DNA from: the human T2T-CHM13v2.0 reference genome, Homo sapiens
NCBI RefSeq assembly: GCF_009914755.1
Contig: NC_060939.1
Strand: one strand, 5' to 3'
Length of the DNA stretch: 64,000 bases
The notes under the pieces: generated by a model
The model's input: only the letters and a program-made list of their open reading frames with translations
The model's database searches: none
Told to the model about the DNA's origin: nothing
Translations under genes and position numbers: made by a program
Shown here: positions 14,405-29,030 of the stretch, in pieces
How the letters are laid out: the number at the start of each line of letters is the position of its first letter
Position numbering within the stretch: position 1 is the first letter of the stretch

Positions 14405-16635
14405 TACATGTTATTTCCTTTCCTGTAAGAGAAAAATGATGAGAAGGTCTTTTCTCCAATAAGTGTATTCAAAATGTAGCAGATTTGAAATGTGTTGGCG
14501 CCACCATTTTGCGTCTCACTTTGAAAACTTATTATTTAAAATCATACTAAAGCCTACCTAACTTTTCCAACCTTAGAAAAAATGTTACAAAGAAAAGGGG
14601 TGAAACCATGCTAGTTTGCCCTGAAATTTGAAATTATCTTTTAAAAATATATTTTTACATTAATTACTTCCAAAATAGAGATCAGTTGCATACAAATGGC
14701 AGGTCACCCTAATCCACCCTATGACTGCACTTAGATCCATGAGGAATTGTGCCATCTAGAAAGGGCAGAGAAGAGGAATAGAGTGCTCTGCGTCTTGAAA
14801 TATAAACATGCGCATAGCCACATGCTTAGATTCTGTTGTCACTGTGTACTTACTGCTAGGAAGAAGGCATGTTTGTGTATTTTTATGCTAATTATTATCC
14901 AAGTTGTTAATGATTTGCGCTTTCAGAACCATATAAAGATTTTTTTCCTTTCAGATATAAACTATCTTGCATTGTTCTTCTGATCATATGAGGGATAAAT
15001 TTGCCTAAATATTCTTCAGACCATAATAGTATGTCCATATAAATGCCAGTAGCAAGAGTAGAATCAACCACAACTGCCTTTGTAATTATTTAAAGCATGT
15101 CTGCCTATAAGTAATTGGCATTTTATATAATCAAGAATCTTTGATATAATAATCTCTCAACTATTTGAAACATGGCTCACATGTATTAATTTTTTATGCA
15201 AATATATATATAATATCAGTGTATATGAAACTAAATTTTGGACTTTAGAACAGCTTCTTAGAATCCTGACTTAAATGTCTACAGTAATAGTTGGCTTACA
15301 AAAATTTAGCACACTGTCACTATGATGAAAAAAATTACTATAAATTTATTTTAAAAATTGTTCCACCCTAACATTTAGAATATTCTCACATTTGTGGTTA
15401 GATGTGATTGTTCTTAGAATTTAGATAAAAAATGTTCCAGAAAGTTTGAAGAGAAGCACTTTAGTCAATTTTTAGTTGTTGAAGCATGAAGAAATGGCAT
15501 TTCATTGACATTTTAAAAATTATTCAGATTCCCTCTTTGAATTCAAGTGTTTCAAAGATATCTTATTTTAAAATACCAAAATAGGAATAGAATATGAAGG
15601 GCTGGTTATGAGTAATATGATACACTTTTATGAGAGGATGAGATTACAATAACAATACCTCCTCTCATAGAATAGCCAGCAAGTCTCCACTAAATAAGAG
15701 TGCCTTGATTTTATAGATGTTTAATCATGGATATTGAGTTAATGTGAACCATTTGTAGACACGGGAGTTTATTAAAGAATTATATAATATCTTTCAAGTA
15801 TTTAGAATAGTGTTGAAATTAAGCCTGCATCCCCATGATTTTCAGAGGTGCTGATGCCTAATAAACTCAACCCCTTGCATGCCAAAATTGGCTTAAAGCC
15901 CATCTGTTACCCAAGCTACACTTCAAGCATCAAGGTTCAAAAATGTGATTTTAAATATGCAAGAGTTTGAGGAATTCACTACTCACACTTTCTTGAACAG
16001 TCTATCCAAGTGCATCAAGCAAAACGTAAGTAAAGAAATTTTGACCAAAGGATTGATAGTAATGTTGAATACATTTAATAGTAGATCTAAGATTAAAAGG
16101 TGAAATTGAGGGTGAGAAGAGTGTATGAATGCTTTGTGTTCTGACAAAGAGAATGTAGCACCCAGGTCCTACCTGCTTGGATGCATTGCCAGTGCCCACG
16201 GTAGGCCATTTTATCCAGGTTTTTAGGTTTTGATTTGTTTTGTTTTGTTTTGTTTTTTTCTTTTCAGGATAGTTAGTCCAAGACCAATAACTCCATAACT
16301 GGTAGATTTGGAAGACTTTAATAGTGCTTAACATTTTGTACATAGCTTTATAACAGTTTTCTTTTTCTTTTTTTCTGAGAGATTCTTTTCAATATACCCC
16401 ATCATGGTTGAACTCAAAAATCATTGCTTATTTAAAATCTACAACTGCTGACGTTTTGTAACGTTCGCATTCCAGGTAATTGGTTTTTTGTGCATTTTCT
16501 GTATTTTTCTCCATCAGTCTACCTAGATATTTGTTAGATTTAATATTTTAATATTTTTCTGAAAAAGTGAGCTTTTGCATTTTTAAATATATACCCAGTT
16601 GCTTTAATTTTGCTTTTTCGTGTACTATTTCCTCG

Positions 16636-16947
16636 TTTTTTGTTTTTTGTTTTTTGTTTTTTTTTGACAAGAAGTCTTGCTCTGTCGCCCAAGCTGGAGT
16701 GCAGTCACGTGATCTCTACTTACTGCAACTTCCACCCCCACGTTCAAGCAATTCTCTCACCTCAGCCTCCCGAGTAGCTGGGATTACAGATGCATGCCAC
16801 CATGCCAGGCTAATTTTTGTATATTTAGTAGAGAGTGGGTTTCACCATGTTAGACCAGGCTGGTCTCGAACTCCTGACCTCAGGTGATCCACCTGCCTCA
16901 GCCTCCCAAAGTGCTGGGATTACAGGCATGAACAATGGCGCCTGGCT
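16636..16947 (-). mobile_element. AluS (Sx-like)
   Basis: Poly(T) followed by a reverse-complement Alu containing CTCCTGACCTCAGGTGATCC. Confidence 0.93.
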
Positions 16948-18128
16948 ATCTCCTTCATTCTTTATGTTTATTTTACTGGTTTTATCTCTCTCTCTCTCAC
17001 TGTTTCTCTCCTTCTCACATTCACTTTGCAGTTGTCAAATAGCCCAGGTGATGTTACAGATTTACTCCTTATAAAAGGAGGCATTACACATTACACATGC
17101 ATCTTAGTGGCCTTACAAAAGTGTTTGGTTTATTTGTATTGACTATTCACCTTTAAAATATTTCAATATTCATTAAAATAGCTTCCAACCAATATTATTA
17201 GACTTATGTTTCTAGCTTTCATTTTTGTATTGATATCTGCCTTCATTGCTGTTTGTTTAGGAAATATATTCTGTGTCACGTTATTTCCGTGAAAATTGTT
17301 TGAATTTGTGGCATGGTCTAGAAAATGTTAATTTTTGTAAGTATTCTGTATGAACATGAAAATAACATGAATTATAATATTCATGTTCCTTATATAATAT
17401 TTGCCCTTTTTAAAATCCACTAGCTTCTTTTAAAACTTACTCTTTTAATTTTTTCTTTTATCTATTACTCAAAGATGTGTGTTTGAAATGTCTATAATAT
17501 TTGGGGGCTTATCCATTTCTACTTACTTTCTGATATTTTTGCTTTATATAATTTGACTCTCTCTCTAAATACCTGTGTGTCTATGTGTGTGTGAGAGAGT
17601 GTGTGGTTTGTGTGTATACATATATGTATGTATCAGGCTAATGCACATTTAAGTCATCACATCTTCTTAATAACTTAAAACTTTTATCACCCTGGTTAGA
17701 CTTATTTTAATAAATGTTTCTAACATTCTATTTTGTCTACATAGCAACTTTTTAAAAGATTATATTCATGTAGTATGTTTGTATGTATATCATATATACA
17801 CAGTATCTGTATTGTTTGAACTTCAAAGTTTCTGTAAATTTATATATTAGTTGCCTCTCTTGTAACTATGATAGAGACGGATGTTTTAAATTTTGCCAAT
17901 CTTTGTATTTTAACAAAAACGTTGTCTACTTAGGTTTAAGTTAATCTTTGATCATTTACACTTAATTTTGTATTATTAATTTGTTGTGTATATATATATA
18001 TAATGTCTCATTTTCTCCTATCAGTTTCTGTCTTCTTGTTTTAAAATTATGACTTTTATTTTTATTGTTTTCATAGACGCAACAGAGAAATGCATAATGT
18101 CCAGTCAATTTATTAAAGTTCCAAAGTC

Positions 18129-18449
<321 letters not shown>

Positions 18450-18619
18450 TCAGGCAATTAAGGGGTTTTTGAATACTTCAGCCCTAACAATTTGCTTCCT
18501 AACATACATATTGCAGTGCTTATCTAATTTTAAATATCTTTTTGTTTCAACACCTAATTTTTTATTTAGATCTATCTGTATGTTTACAATATATTTTGCT
18601 CTGTGTTCATCCTTTGATT

Positions 18620-19460
18620 TCAGAACTTCAATCTTTCTGAAGCATGTTTTCAGAGTTTCTTTTTAGTTTCATTAGTGGAATTCTGCTGGTGGCGTTTTGT
18701 TTTTTGTCTCTAAATATGTTATTTAGCCATAGGTTGATGAATATTTTTCTTGGTTGAGAATTTCAGAATGGCATTATTATTCTTAACAAATAATATTGTT
18801 TATTTTACCTTTCATGCTTTCAGATTTCAATATGATTAAAGGTAATTTGATTTTTCTAGTGCTCATTGAAATATTTTTCCCTTCCTGATTGTTTACTATT
18901 TCTCTACGAGATATGTAGATGTAGGTTTATCTCCATTGTAGCTTGCTTAGCATGCATAGAATTTTTGAATACACGGATTAGTGTCTTACAAAAGTCTAGA
19001 GAAATTTCAGCCAAAATACCATCACATATTGTCCCTTCCCAGTTCCCTTCTTCTATGAGAACACTCACTAAACACATGCTACACTTTCTCACTGTATCTT
19101 CCATGTCTCTTCATGATTCTGTCCACATTGTGCATTTTTAAAAATTTTCTGTAATGCATTCTGAAATATTTATGAACTCTCACCATGGCCATGTCTAATC
19201 TGATGAGTTCATTTTTGAGTTTTTAATTTAAAATACTATATACAAACTACTTTTCAAATTTGCAACATCAATTTTTTAGTCTCCTAAAAATATATTCATT
19301 TTTTAAAAAATTTTTTGAAAGCAAATGTGCTTTATAATCTAACAGTGATATTTCTACTAATGAACCTTTGTGGATCTGTTTGTACTCTTTTTCTATTTTC
19401 CTTTCAAATGGTGGAATATCATTTCCTTGTGTACTTAGATGCCTTTGAATGACAAAGATT
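18620..19460 (-). mobile_element. Highly degenerate L1M fragment(s)
   Basis: T-rich sequence with motifs typical of antisense ancient L1 ORF1 region, e.g. GAAATTTCAGCCAAAAT. Boundaries are approximate. Confidence 0.45.
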
Positions 19461-22400
19461 TATTTTTCTCTGAAAATTATTATTGTGCACTTTTGCATAT
19501 TAGTAAGAAGAAAATTTGCCAAAGAGAATTTGAATTTTTTGTGAGTCTACTAAAGGCACCACCATTCTGGGACCACATTATATTAATTCTTGGCCTAAAG
19601 GTGTTTGGACGTATGTTTGGACAGCACATTTAAACAATTTTTAAATTAATTGCTGTAAATCATTAATGATTGAGTTTCTTTAAATCTGTCCAATCTCAAG
19701 TCATTTTTATTTGCCATTTCCAGGGAATGTGAAATAGGACTAATTTACCTCTGATTCTTCTTTATACTGAGGATGTAAATTTTGGTCCTAGCTTTAGGGA
19801 GGAGCTCCTGTGTGATGCCCTATCTTGGGAAAAACTATGTATTTCTTTACTGTCCTATGTGATGTATGACAGTAGGAATCTGCACTCATTCATTTTGCTA
19901 CATGTCCCTAGGGCAAAATCAGTTTCAGTGTTTAGGTGTATTTTGTCTGCTCCCTGCATTCCCATGGTTTTGACCTTATATTTTACTTTTTTTTTTTTGT
20001 GAACATATCACTGCTTCAACTTTTTCCAGTAATATAATCAATTATACTATAAGAAAGAGAAAAATTTTGATAAAACACAAATTTCATGTTTTCCTACTCT
20101 AAATGGCTTTTACGTAAAAATACAGGTAAAATTTATTTGTGCTTTTTTGCTATTTCTGTTTTGCTATTCTCTGTTTGTCTATGTCTTCGCCACATAGACA
20201 CAATTAGGGAATTTTGTACACTCTTGTGCCAACTGCTTTGATAGTAACAAAATGTATTTCTCGAACTCCTAGGTATAAAACTCAAGTATCCACAATTTAA
20301 ATACTTTTTTGCTCACTTCTATTATGTTTCCAGTCTCAATAGAAATCGATGCCAATCCAGAAATACAAGCATTATTCTAATACTTCTCACACATTACTGA
20401 TATAGATTAAATTTTCTAGATCTCCTTAAATACTATCATTTTTCACTTATTGTATCTTAACTGTTAAGTTCAACATTTTCTATAATATTAATATATGTGA
20501 AAATTTCCTTACTTTCTTATTTGTCCCAGGTTCAATGTTTTGCAGTCTCTACCTCACCCTGTGAAGCATAAACATTGTACATGCTGTACAAATAATACAT
20601 CGTTCATGTACTTAGAGATTGCACAATTTTTATTTGGTTGACAATAGCTAATGTTTTCTTCTTCATTTTCTATTTCCTGATTTTTCTTTATTTAGTATAT
20701 ACTACACTATCATAAAAATAAGGACGTTTTACAAACTAAAGCAATAGCAACCCTAGGAATAAAATGCACAAATAAAATATATAAACATACATTTAGATGT
20801 ACCACGTACCCTTGTAATTTATTTAGACATTTAATTTTAGTACAATTTTAATTAAAGTCTGTGTATTATGTGTCATCGTCTTAGTATTTTTTATATAACA
20901 AATTTTGTAAATCAAAAAGTCTCAATGTCATTATAAACTATCTTGGCAGAGGATGATCTCAAAGGAATAATTTCTCTCCCAAATTACGCCAATCAGAATT
21001 TCAGTCTACCATAATTCTTTTAATCAGTTTCAGAGGAATAATAAATTTCAAAATTGTTCAAGGTACTTCTTTTATTTCAAGTACCTTTTGACTTGTAAAT
21101 TCTACAGGTGTAAAACTGTAGACAGACTGATACAAACATATTCTAATTCACTCAAAATTATATGGACCTATTTTAAAATCTAGATTTTAAAATGTCGTGT
21201 CAACATACACATGTTCTCCTTGTGAAATAATTGCTTTTTATTCTCTGGATAGAATAATTTAATCTTTAAACAATTCACTGTTAGAAATGAAATATTACAT
21301 AAGGATATGCTTATAAAAATAATTCCCAACTAGCTTTTCCATTCAGAAATATATGTGAAAAATCGTCAAACATCTAATGGATTTCAAGGAGAAATGGGTT
21401 AGTAATTTATTCCATATGTCTCAATTTTTCCTAGACTCAAGGCTTCCTTTAAAATAATTGTAGGCATTTAAGAAACCATGTAAACTAAGAAGAAATTGTG
21501 ACACTGCCGCTTAGGCTTTTTAAATCTTTGGACATGATTCAATATATTTTTTAAATTGTATCTTAATTAGACATGGTGAGTTCACCATCTTCCTGTCAGT
21601 ATAGCATCCAAGCTGATTATGATAGATTAGAAGTTCAACTATCAACTGTGTTCTGAGAGTCTAAAAAAATAAATGAACATATTTGTTTGGGTATTCTTAA
21701 AGCAGGAGTGAGGACACAGTGAAAGTGAGACAAGGAAAAGAGAACAAAATAAAACAGGAAAGATAGAAAAGCCAATACCACACGTGTTAAGAGGTAAGTT
21801 CCTGTGTTAGATATCTGGGCTTAATTGTATGGGAAGCTATGTGAAGCATGCCTCAGAATTACATCACTGAATCCAGGGAGATTCTTCTTATTTACCCTCA
21901 CCTTTTCTTCACACTTCATGCCCAGTAACAAGCTCCCGTGCTGCTAGAGAAAGTCCTCAGCTAGAAACTGGTGCAAATTCTGGAGATGAGACCTTGTAGA
22001 GTGTTAAGAATGGTTTTCTTCCCAGCAGCTACAGGTAAGGAATAGGGGCTGGGCTATTAATACATCTGCTACAAACCAATAAAGCCCTTATGCTCCTTTT
22101 GGTGATCGACAATGTATTTAAAAATATTAGATGATCAAGAAGGGCTGCAGAAAGGAGGAAACAGAAACAAACAGCACACCTCTTGGTTTATTTTTATTCA
22201 TTTCATCAGTTTCAAGGAAAATGTGTTGGGAGTTCCTGGCATAGACAATGTCACAAAGACATATTTTCAATAGTAGTGCTATCCCTAGGGCAGAGAAGAC
22301 CCAGAGAAAGCCCAAGTGGCTGCTGGAACAAAGTCAGACACCGTGCCACCTGTCCACACTCCTTGGCTCTGCCATCATACTGAAGATCGCTTTAAAGGAC

Positions 22401-24842
22401 TGGCTTCCCTCCCCCCAAAATTAAACGAGCACAGACTGAGAAACTGAATGTAGGAGACAGCAGTGGATTATGCTGTTCTCAGGGGTCACCTCAGGTTTGG
22501 AAGCATTCTTTCAAATTAACCCATCTCAGGCCATCTGCAGAGAAGAAAGGTGGTACCTAACTTTTTTTCTTGTCAGCATTTGGTAGGGGTGTTTTATTGA
22601 CCAAATATGTTCCCACAACTTAGTTTTTTGTGACTAACTAAATATGGTAGATTTTTAAATTTTATCATCAAAATCTATAGACCATTTTTGATTAAAATAG
22701 ACTTCATATCTATGTCCTGCTTTTCTTCTTCTTATTAATTACATTGCTGTATAAAGGAACAAGACTTCAGAATCAAGAATATCTTGTCTCTTGGCATTGA
22801 ATTTATACAAGGTGCTCTTTCTTTAATGCTGTCTCAAAGGACATATTTTTACTCATTAAAAAGGAAGATCGGAATCTAGTTGTATGCACTGCTCCAACAT
22901 ATTAATAATTAAAATTAGGAGGTAAATGTGGTCAAAGCTATAGAAAGACTGAGATGTCATTTATATTGATTACTGTATAGCACTCTACAAACAGAAATTG
23001 TTAAATAATAGTTTATATAAATATTTTGTAGCATTTCAAATATTTGAGTGCTTGAAGTTTCTCCTCTTATATAGTTCAAATTATCAATTTAAAGACTTAC
23101 TCCGCTAGTTAATATGTTTTTAGTCTCGTTTGAGTGATTATATAAAAGCAATTTTCAGTTAAATGTGTTCCGCTTACATAAAACATTACAAATTATTGAG
23201 GATTTAATTATTCATGTTCCTGTAATGTCTTTAGAAGATTTTCTTATTATTACCTATCAATATATGTATGCTTTGTCAAAGAAAAATCAAACATATATAT
23301 CATTGAAATTGAAACTTTTTAAAAGTACTTATTAACTCTATTGAAAAACCACATCCATAGGAACAATTACAATATAATATTGTGAACATGTAAACATATA
23401 CCCTATGTCTATTTTATGTATAAGCATATATGATTAAAAATATAGTTAAGAATTTTTAAACCTAGTATTATAAAGTAAAAATTAGTTAACTTCTGATGAT
23501 TATTTGTTAATTAAGATAAAATTATTTTGATTTGTGTGATTTTAAATAAAGAAAAATATTAAATTACATGACAAAAATTATTTAGAAGTGTTTATGATTT
23601 TTACATTGGTTTTATCACTTTATTCCACTACTTTATTTTAAGATGACCTGCCTTGTTTAAAACACTGTATTCATCTTAATTAAATTAAATTCCATTTATA
23701 AAAAAATTAACAAATGATTTGCTCTATTGTACAGTGCGGTTATAAACTGAGTCAGTCTCTCAAGATTTGATCCCCATTATCATCATCTGTGGCCCTATTT
23801 GTTTTATAAATGTATTGTCTTTTTCCTTGCCTGTCACATCTCTATTGCTCTTTCATTTTTCTCTTTGTCCCTTATAGGGAGCATTGCCTATCTCTAGATT
23901 AAGCAAAAGTTGCATCGTAAAAAAGCACAATAACCTGCTCAATCTTTCTCATACAGAGAAATGTTTGTAAAGTAATTAAAGTGTAGATGATGATACAAAA
24001 AGCTTGATTAAATTAGATGCCAGAGTACCCTTGTGATTCAGAATATGAAAGGTATTTAATTTCCTTGAAATCATTAATTGCTGAGTGACATTAATTAATG
24101 CCAATATTCCAGAAGTTGTTCTAGTTAGTGAAATGTATGCAACATGCAAAAGATTTAGAACTCTGAAGGGCAACATTATTCTATAATTAAGAATTAAGAA
24201 TTAATTCACATTAATTATTGGGGAGAAATAATTATTAAAAATTAATGACTGAGAAAATGTTTTTATTTTTTATTTAGAAAATTATTTTGTGCATGAGCAT
24301 TACCGCAAGTTTTGCAAGAAACATAAATTTAAAGAAACAATTATGTGCACAAGATGAATTTAATAACATCTTGATATTTTCCACGATTACAGTTTTATTT
24401 GGTAAATATTTAAATGCACATCATCTACAGATAATAAATGAATCTTGGAAATCTTGTAGGTAAGGGTAAATATTAGGATGCATCCAGTTACATTTACACA
24501 CACATACAGTTACATTTACACACACATACATGCATACAGACTGATACCCGTGTGTATATATATATATGAATTTACTAATTGATTTTAACTAATATTTATG
24601 AGAGCCAGTTGGATTGATATATATTGTTGAACCTGAAAAATATTATATATGTGTTTAAAATACACACAGAAATAAATAGTAATTGCACTAGGCATTTGAA
24701 ACTGTACTAAAATATAAGCTGTGAATATTTTGTGATCATTACAAATTCTTACACTGAATATTTTTATTTTTACAATATTAATATGTTTGATACCTGTGTA
24801 CATTTTTTACAATGTGTTATTTTATTTTTGTCATACATTCAT

Positions 24843-25175
24843 GTCATGCATAATAACATTTCTGTCAAAGATGGATTACATATACAAAAGTGGTCCCATG
24901 AGATTATAATACATATTTACATACTTTTCTACGTTTAAGTATGTGTAGATACATAACCTCTTACCACTGTGTTCTTATTGCCTGCAGTATTCAGTACAGT
25001 AATGTAGTACACAGGTTTGTAGCCTGGGAGAGAGAGGATCTACCATATAACCTAGACGTGGTAGGCTGTACAATCTAGATGTTTGTAATATTCTCTGTGA
25101 TGTTTGCAAAATGATGAAATTGCCTCTGGATACATCTGTTAGAACGTATCCCTATCATTCAGTGATGTGTGACTG
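24843..25175. mobile_element. Tigger3a (MER7A)-like DNA transposon
   Basis: GTGGTCCCATGAGATTATAATAC, CAGTATTCAGTACAGTAA and ACAGGTTTGTAGCCT motifs. Ends GTGACTG|TA. Confidence 0.8.
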
Positions 25176-25689
25176 TACTAAAATGCTCAATGTAAGTTTC
25201 AATGCCCTCCATAAAATTGTTGTACTGTGAAATACAAATCTCTCACCCATGGCCTGAATATGTTTGCAAACTAAGCAGATCATGGGAAGAAGAATGTGCT
25301 GGCATCGCTGGGATGATTTTCTCACACTACATGAATAATATCTACAGACTTCGTGAATATGAGCCACTTGCATAGAGTTAAAGTAGGCATCTCTTTGCTG
25401 GGAAATTTATCAAATGGGAGTATGAAGTGTTTTTAAAAGATACTTGTTTGTTTGTAGCTGGTAGGTCTACAGTGGCTCATGGCAATGGTTGAGGTTGCTA
25501 AGATTTGGTGGAAGAAGGCAAAATGAAATGGCCACTTATATGGTATATGGTATATGGATCACTTGTTTCTGTTGAGTTACAGACTCAGCTGGCTATTTCT
25601 CCCAATGTTAGTTATTTGGAGAAAAAAATGTGATGGTAATTTTGGGGTAACAAATACAATATTTGATGAAAGCAAATTTATTGAGGGTT

Positions 25690-26080
25690 AGACAAACTAC
25701 AAGATACTTTAGGCTGCAAAGTCAACACGAGACTTCTGGCCCAAATTGTGCAGAGTTTGCGTCCAGCTGCAAAGTTCAAAGGAAGAGGCCATATAAGATG
25801 ATTCTCACTTCTGACACCAACTGCCAGTTCAGGGTTTTCCCCCTGAACACCCTCAGTTTCAAGAATTTACTAGAAAGACTCACCGAACTCATTGAATGCC
25901 ATTGTACTCATGGTTTATAATAGAGAAAGGTAGAAATTAGGACCAATTGAAGAGACATATCATATAAGGTGGAATCTAGGAGATTTTGAATGTTAAGTTT
26001 CCATTGTCTTCAGGACATATTACCTGTCATTGTTGTACAGCAATAAACATGGAGTACTATCAACCTGGGGAGCTCACCTG
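25690..26080. mobile_element. MER21/MER77-like LTR fragment
   Basis: CTTCTGACACCAACTGC..AATTTACTAGAAAGACTCAC.GAACTCA motif. Confidence 0.55.
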
Positions 26081-26139
26081 ATGCTAAAAAGACACTATTT
26101 TGAAAATGAAAAGACAAATGAAAGGATGAGATAAGATGA

Positions 26140-27836
26140 CCTTCCACATTAAGGCACTGGAAATAATAGCAAACTAAACCTAAAGCAAGCAGAAGGAAGA
26201 AAATAAAAATTTGAGAAATTAATAATTTATAATAATAATATTTGTTAGTATTGAACAATTGATATTAATTCTTGACTAGCTTTTTTAAAAAAGAGAAATA
26301 TTCACTTCCCAATTTATTCTGTGGGGCCAGTGTTACCTTGATACAAAAATTAGTCCAAATAGCATAGAAAAATAAATGCAAAATTCCTTAAAAAATACTA
26401 ACAAATCGGATCTAGCAACATATAAAAGAATTATACACTATGACAAAGTTAAATTTATACAGGTAATCCCAGGTTGGTTTAACAGCCCAAAATCCATTAA
26501 GGTAATACATCTTATCCATAGAATAAGAAACGAGAATTGCATGATCATCTCGATAGATTTGGAAAAGACATTTAACAGAATCCAAATTCTTTAATGATTA
26601 AAAATAAAAATAAAAACTCAATGAACCAGGAATAGAGAACTTTCTACACCAGATACATGGCACCTGTGAAAAGCCAACAGCAAGCATGCAACTTAATGGT
26701 AAAGGATGCTTTCCTGCTATGGTCAGAGATAAGAATAGGATATATACTTTGACCTCTTCTAGTCAACACTGTACTAAAGATTGTATGCAGGGCAAATCAG
26801 CAACTAAAAAAATAAGAGTCATCCATATTGAACAGGAAGAAATAAAACTTTATTTGAAAATAACATTCTTGTATATAGAAAATTTTAAGGAATCCACTGA
26901 ACGATAGAACTAGTAAATTATTTCAGCAATATTACAGCATACAAGATAAATTTACAAAAATCAATTGCGGACATCTACAATGAAAACCCCAAAATGAAAT
27001 TAAGAAAACACTTCAATTTAAAATAGCATCAAAAAAAGAAATAATAATTAATTTGGAAAATGTGATACAAGAGTTTACTCTGAAAATTAAAAATTATTGT
27101 TTAGAGAATATCTAAATAATTAGCAAACATCTAACAGCCATGAATTGGAAGATTTAATATTGTAGTACTTTACAATTTAAACTACAGATTTGATGAAATC
27201 CCTGCAAGTATCCCAACAGACTTCTGTCTAGAAACTGACAAGCTGATTCTAAAATACACATGGACTTGTAAAGGACTCAAAATAGCCAAAATAATCTTGA
27301 AAAAAGAAAACATATTAGGATAATTCACACCCCCATGATCCAAACCTTACTGAAAAGTATCAGTAATCAAGACAACCCAATACTGATGAAGGAAAAATAT
27401 ACACATTGATGGAAGAGAATTGAGAGTCCATATATAAAACTATGTGTCTATAGTCAATGGATTCTTACAGTGGTGCCATGTGCAATTCAATGAGGAAGAG
27501 ACAGTCTTTTAACAAACTGGGTCAACAACGTACACGTGGATCACCACTTGCAAAATAATAAATTCGAACCCTTACCCCAAAGCATACAAAAATATTAACT
27601 CAAATGAATTAAAGACACACATGCGAGAGCTAGAATAAAGCATATGGGAAAATCTTCAGGATTTTGGATCTAGCAAAGAAATAGCTGTAACGCCGAAAAC
27701 ATGAGCAACAAAATAAAAATTAGATATTTAAAATTTCTTAAAAATTAAAGACATTGGTGTTTCAAAGGACAACCAAGCAAGTCAAAAGGCAGCTCAAAAA
27801 TTGTGAGAAGATATTTGAAAAACACGTATCTATATG

Positions 27837-27891
<55 letters not shown>

Positions 27892-28685
27892 TGAATATAG
27901 AAAAATTGCTTCAACTCAGTAACAAATATCCCAACTCAAAACTGATAAATGAGAGGAATAGATGTGTTTCCCAAGAAGATACACGAACGGTCAATAATCC
28001 CATAAAAAGATACTCAATAGCATCACTCATCAGGCAACTACAAATCAAAACCACAGTTAGATACTCTATGGCTAGAACTGGCCACTTTGGAAAATAATTT
28101 GATGGCTTCTAAATATATTAAACATAGAGTTGTCATATGACCCAGAAATTTATTCCTAGGTATACACCCAGATTATTGGAAAGAGGTGTTCAAACACAAA
28201 TTGTACACAAGTATTTTTAGCAGCAGTATTGAAAATAGCCAAAGGCTGAACACAACTCAAATGTCAATAAAAATATTATTGGATAAACAAAATGTTTTAT
28301 CCATGAAATTGAATGTTATACAGTTATAAAAAGAAGTAAAGTACCAATACGTACATGAACCTTGATAGCATTATGCCAACTGAAAGAAGCCAGGCAGAAA
28401 AGGCCACCTATTGTATGATTCTATTTAGATGAAAACAGAATAGGAAAATCTACAGAGACAGAAAACAGATTTGTGGTTGCTTAGGATTGAGTAGGGGATG
28501 GGTGCATAGGAGGTTAACAGCTAGAGAAGGTGGGGTTTCTTTTTGAAGTGATGAAAATGCTCTAAAATTCATTGTGATGATGGCTCCACTTATCTATGCA
28601 TATACTAAAAGCCACTGACTTGTAGATATTAATGTGTGCACTCTACACTATGTAAATTATATCTCAATAAATCCTTTCAAAAATA
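26140..28685 (+). mobile_element. Old L1M (MB-MD type) ORF2 3' part and 3' end, with (TA)n at ~27843-27889
   Basis: Degenerate ORF2 peptides (RIIHYDKVKFIQVIPGWFN, MIISIDLEKTFNRIQ). The 3' end reads AATTATATCTCAATAAA. Confidence 0.85.
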
Positions 28686-28699
28686 TACAGAAGAGTAAG

Positions 28700-29030
28700 G
28701 GGTTTTGGAATGTTGCTACGGGGAGGCAGTTTGAAATACTGAATAGGCCTCATCGAGAATGTGAAGTTTCAGTAAAGACTTGAAGTTGAATGAGCTGATG
28801 AATGGATATATGGAGGGCTATCTTTCCAAGCCAAGAAATTAACTAGAGTCTTGGTCATAAGGCAGCAGCCTGTTAGCATGTCCAGAGGACAGTGAGGTGG
28901 CCAGGACCACTGGTAAGATCAAGGGTGAAGACATAAAAGAATTTTGGCGGTTAACATGCGGCAGATCATAATGGGCTTGCAGACCATTGTAAGAATTGTT
29001 GTTTTTAGTGTACATGACATGGGGAGACAA
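28700..29030. mobile_element. Probable L2 fragment
   Basis: Motifs GACTTGAAGTTGAATGAG and GCAGATCATAATGGGCTTGCAGACCATTGTAAGAA. Confidence 0.5.

Noticed and set aside
16567-17074. Alu-derived ORFs (also 10269-10589, 46674-46910 and 63541-63822)
   Set aside because: Standard translations of Alu sequence.
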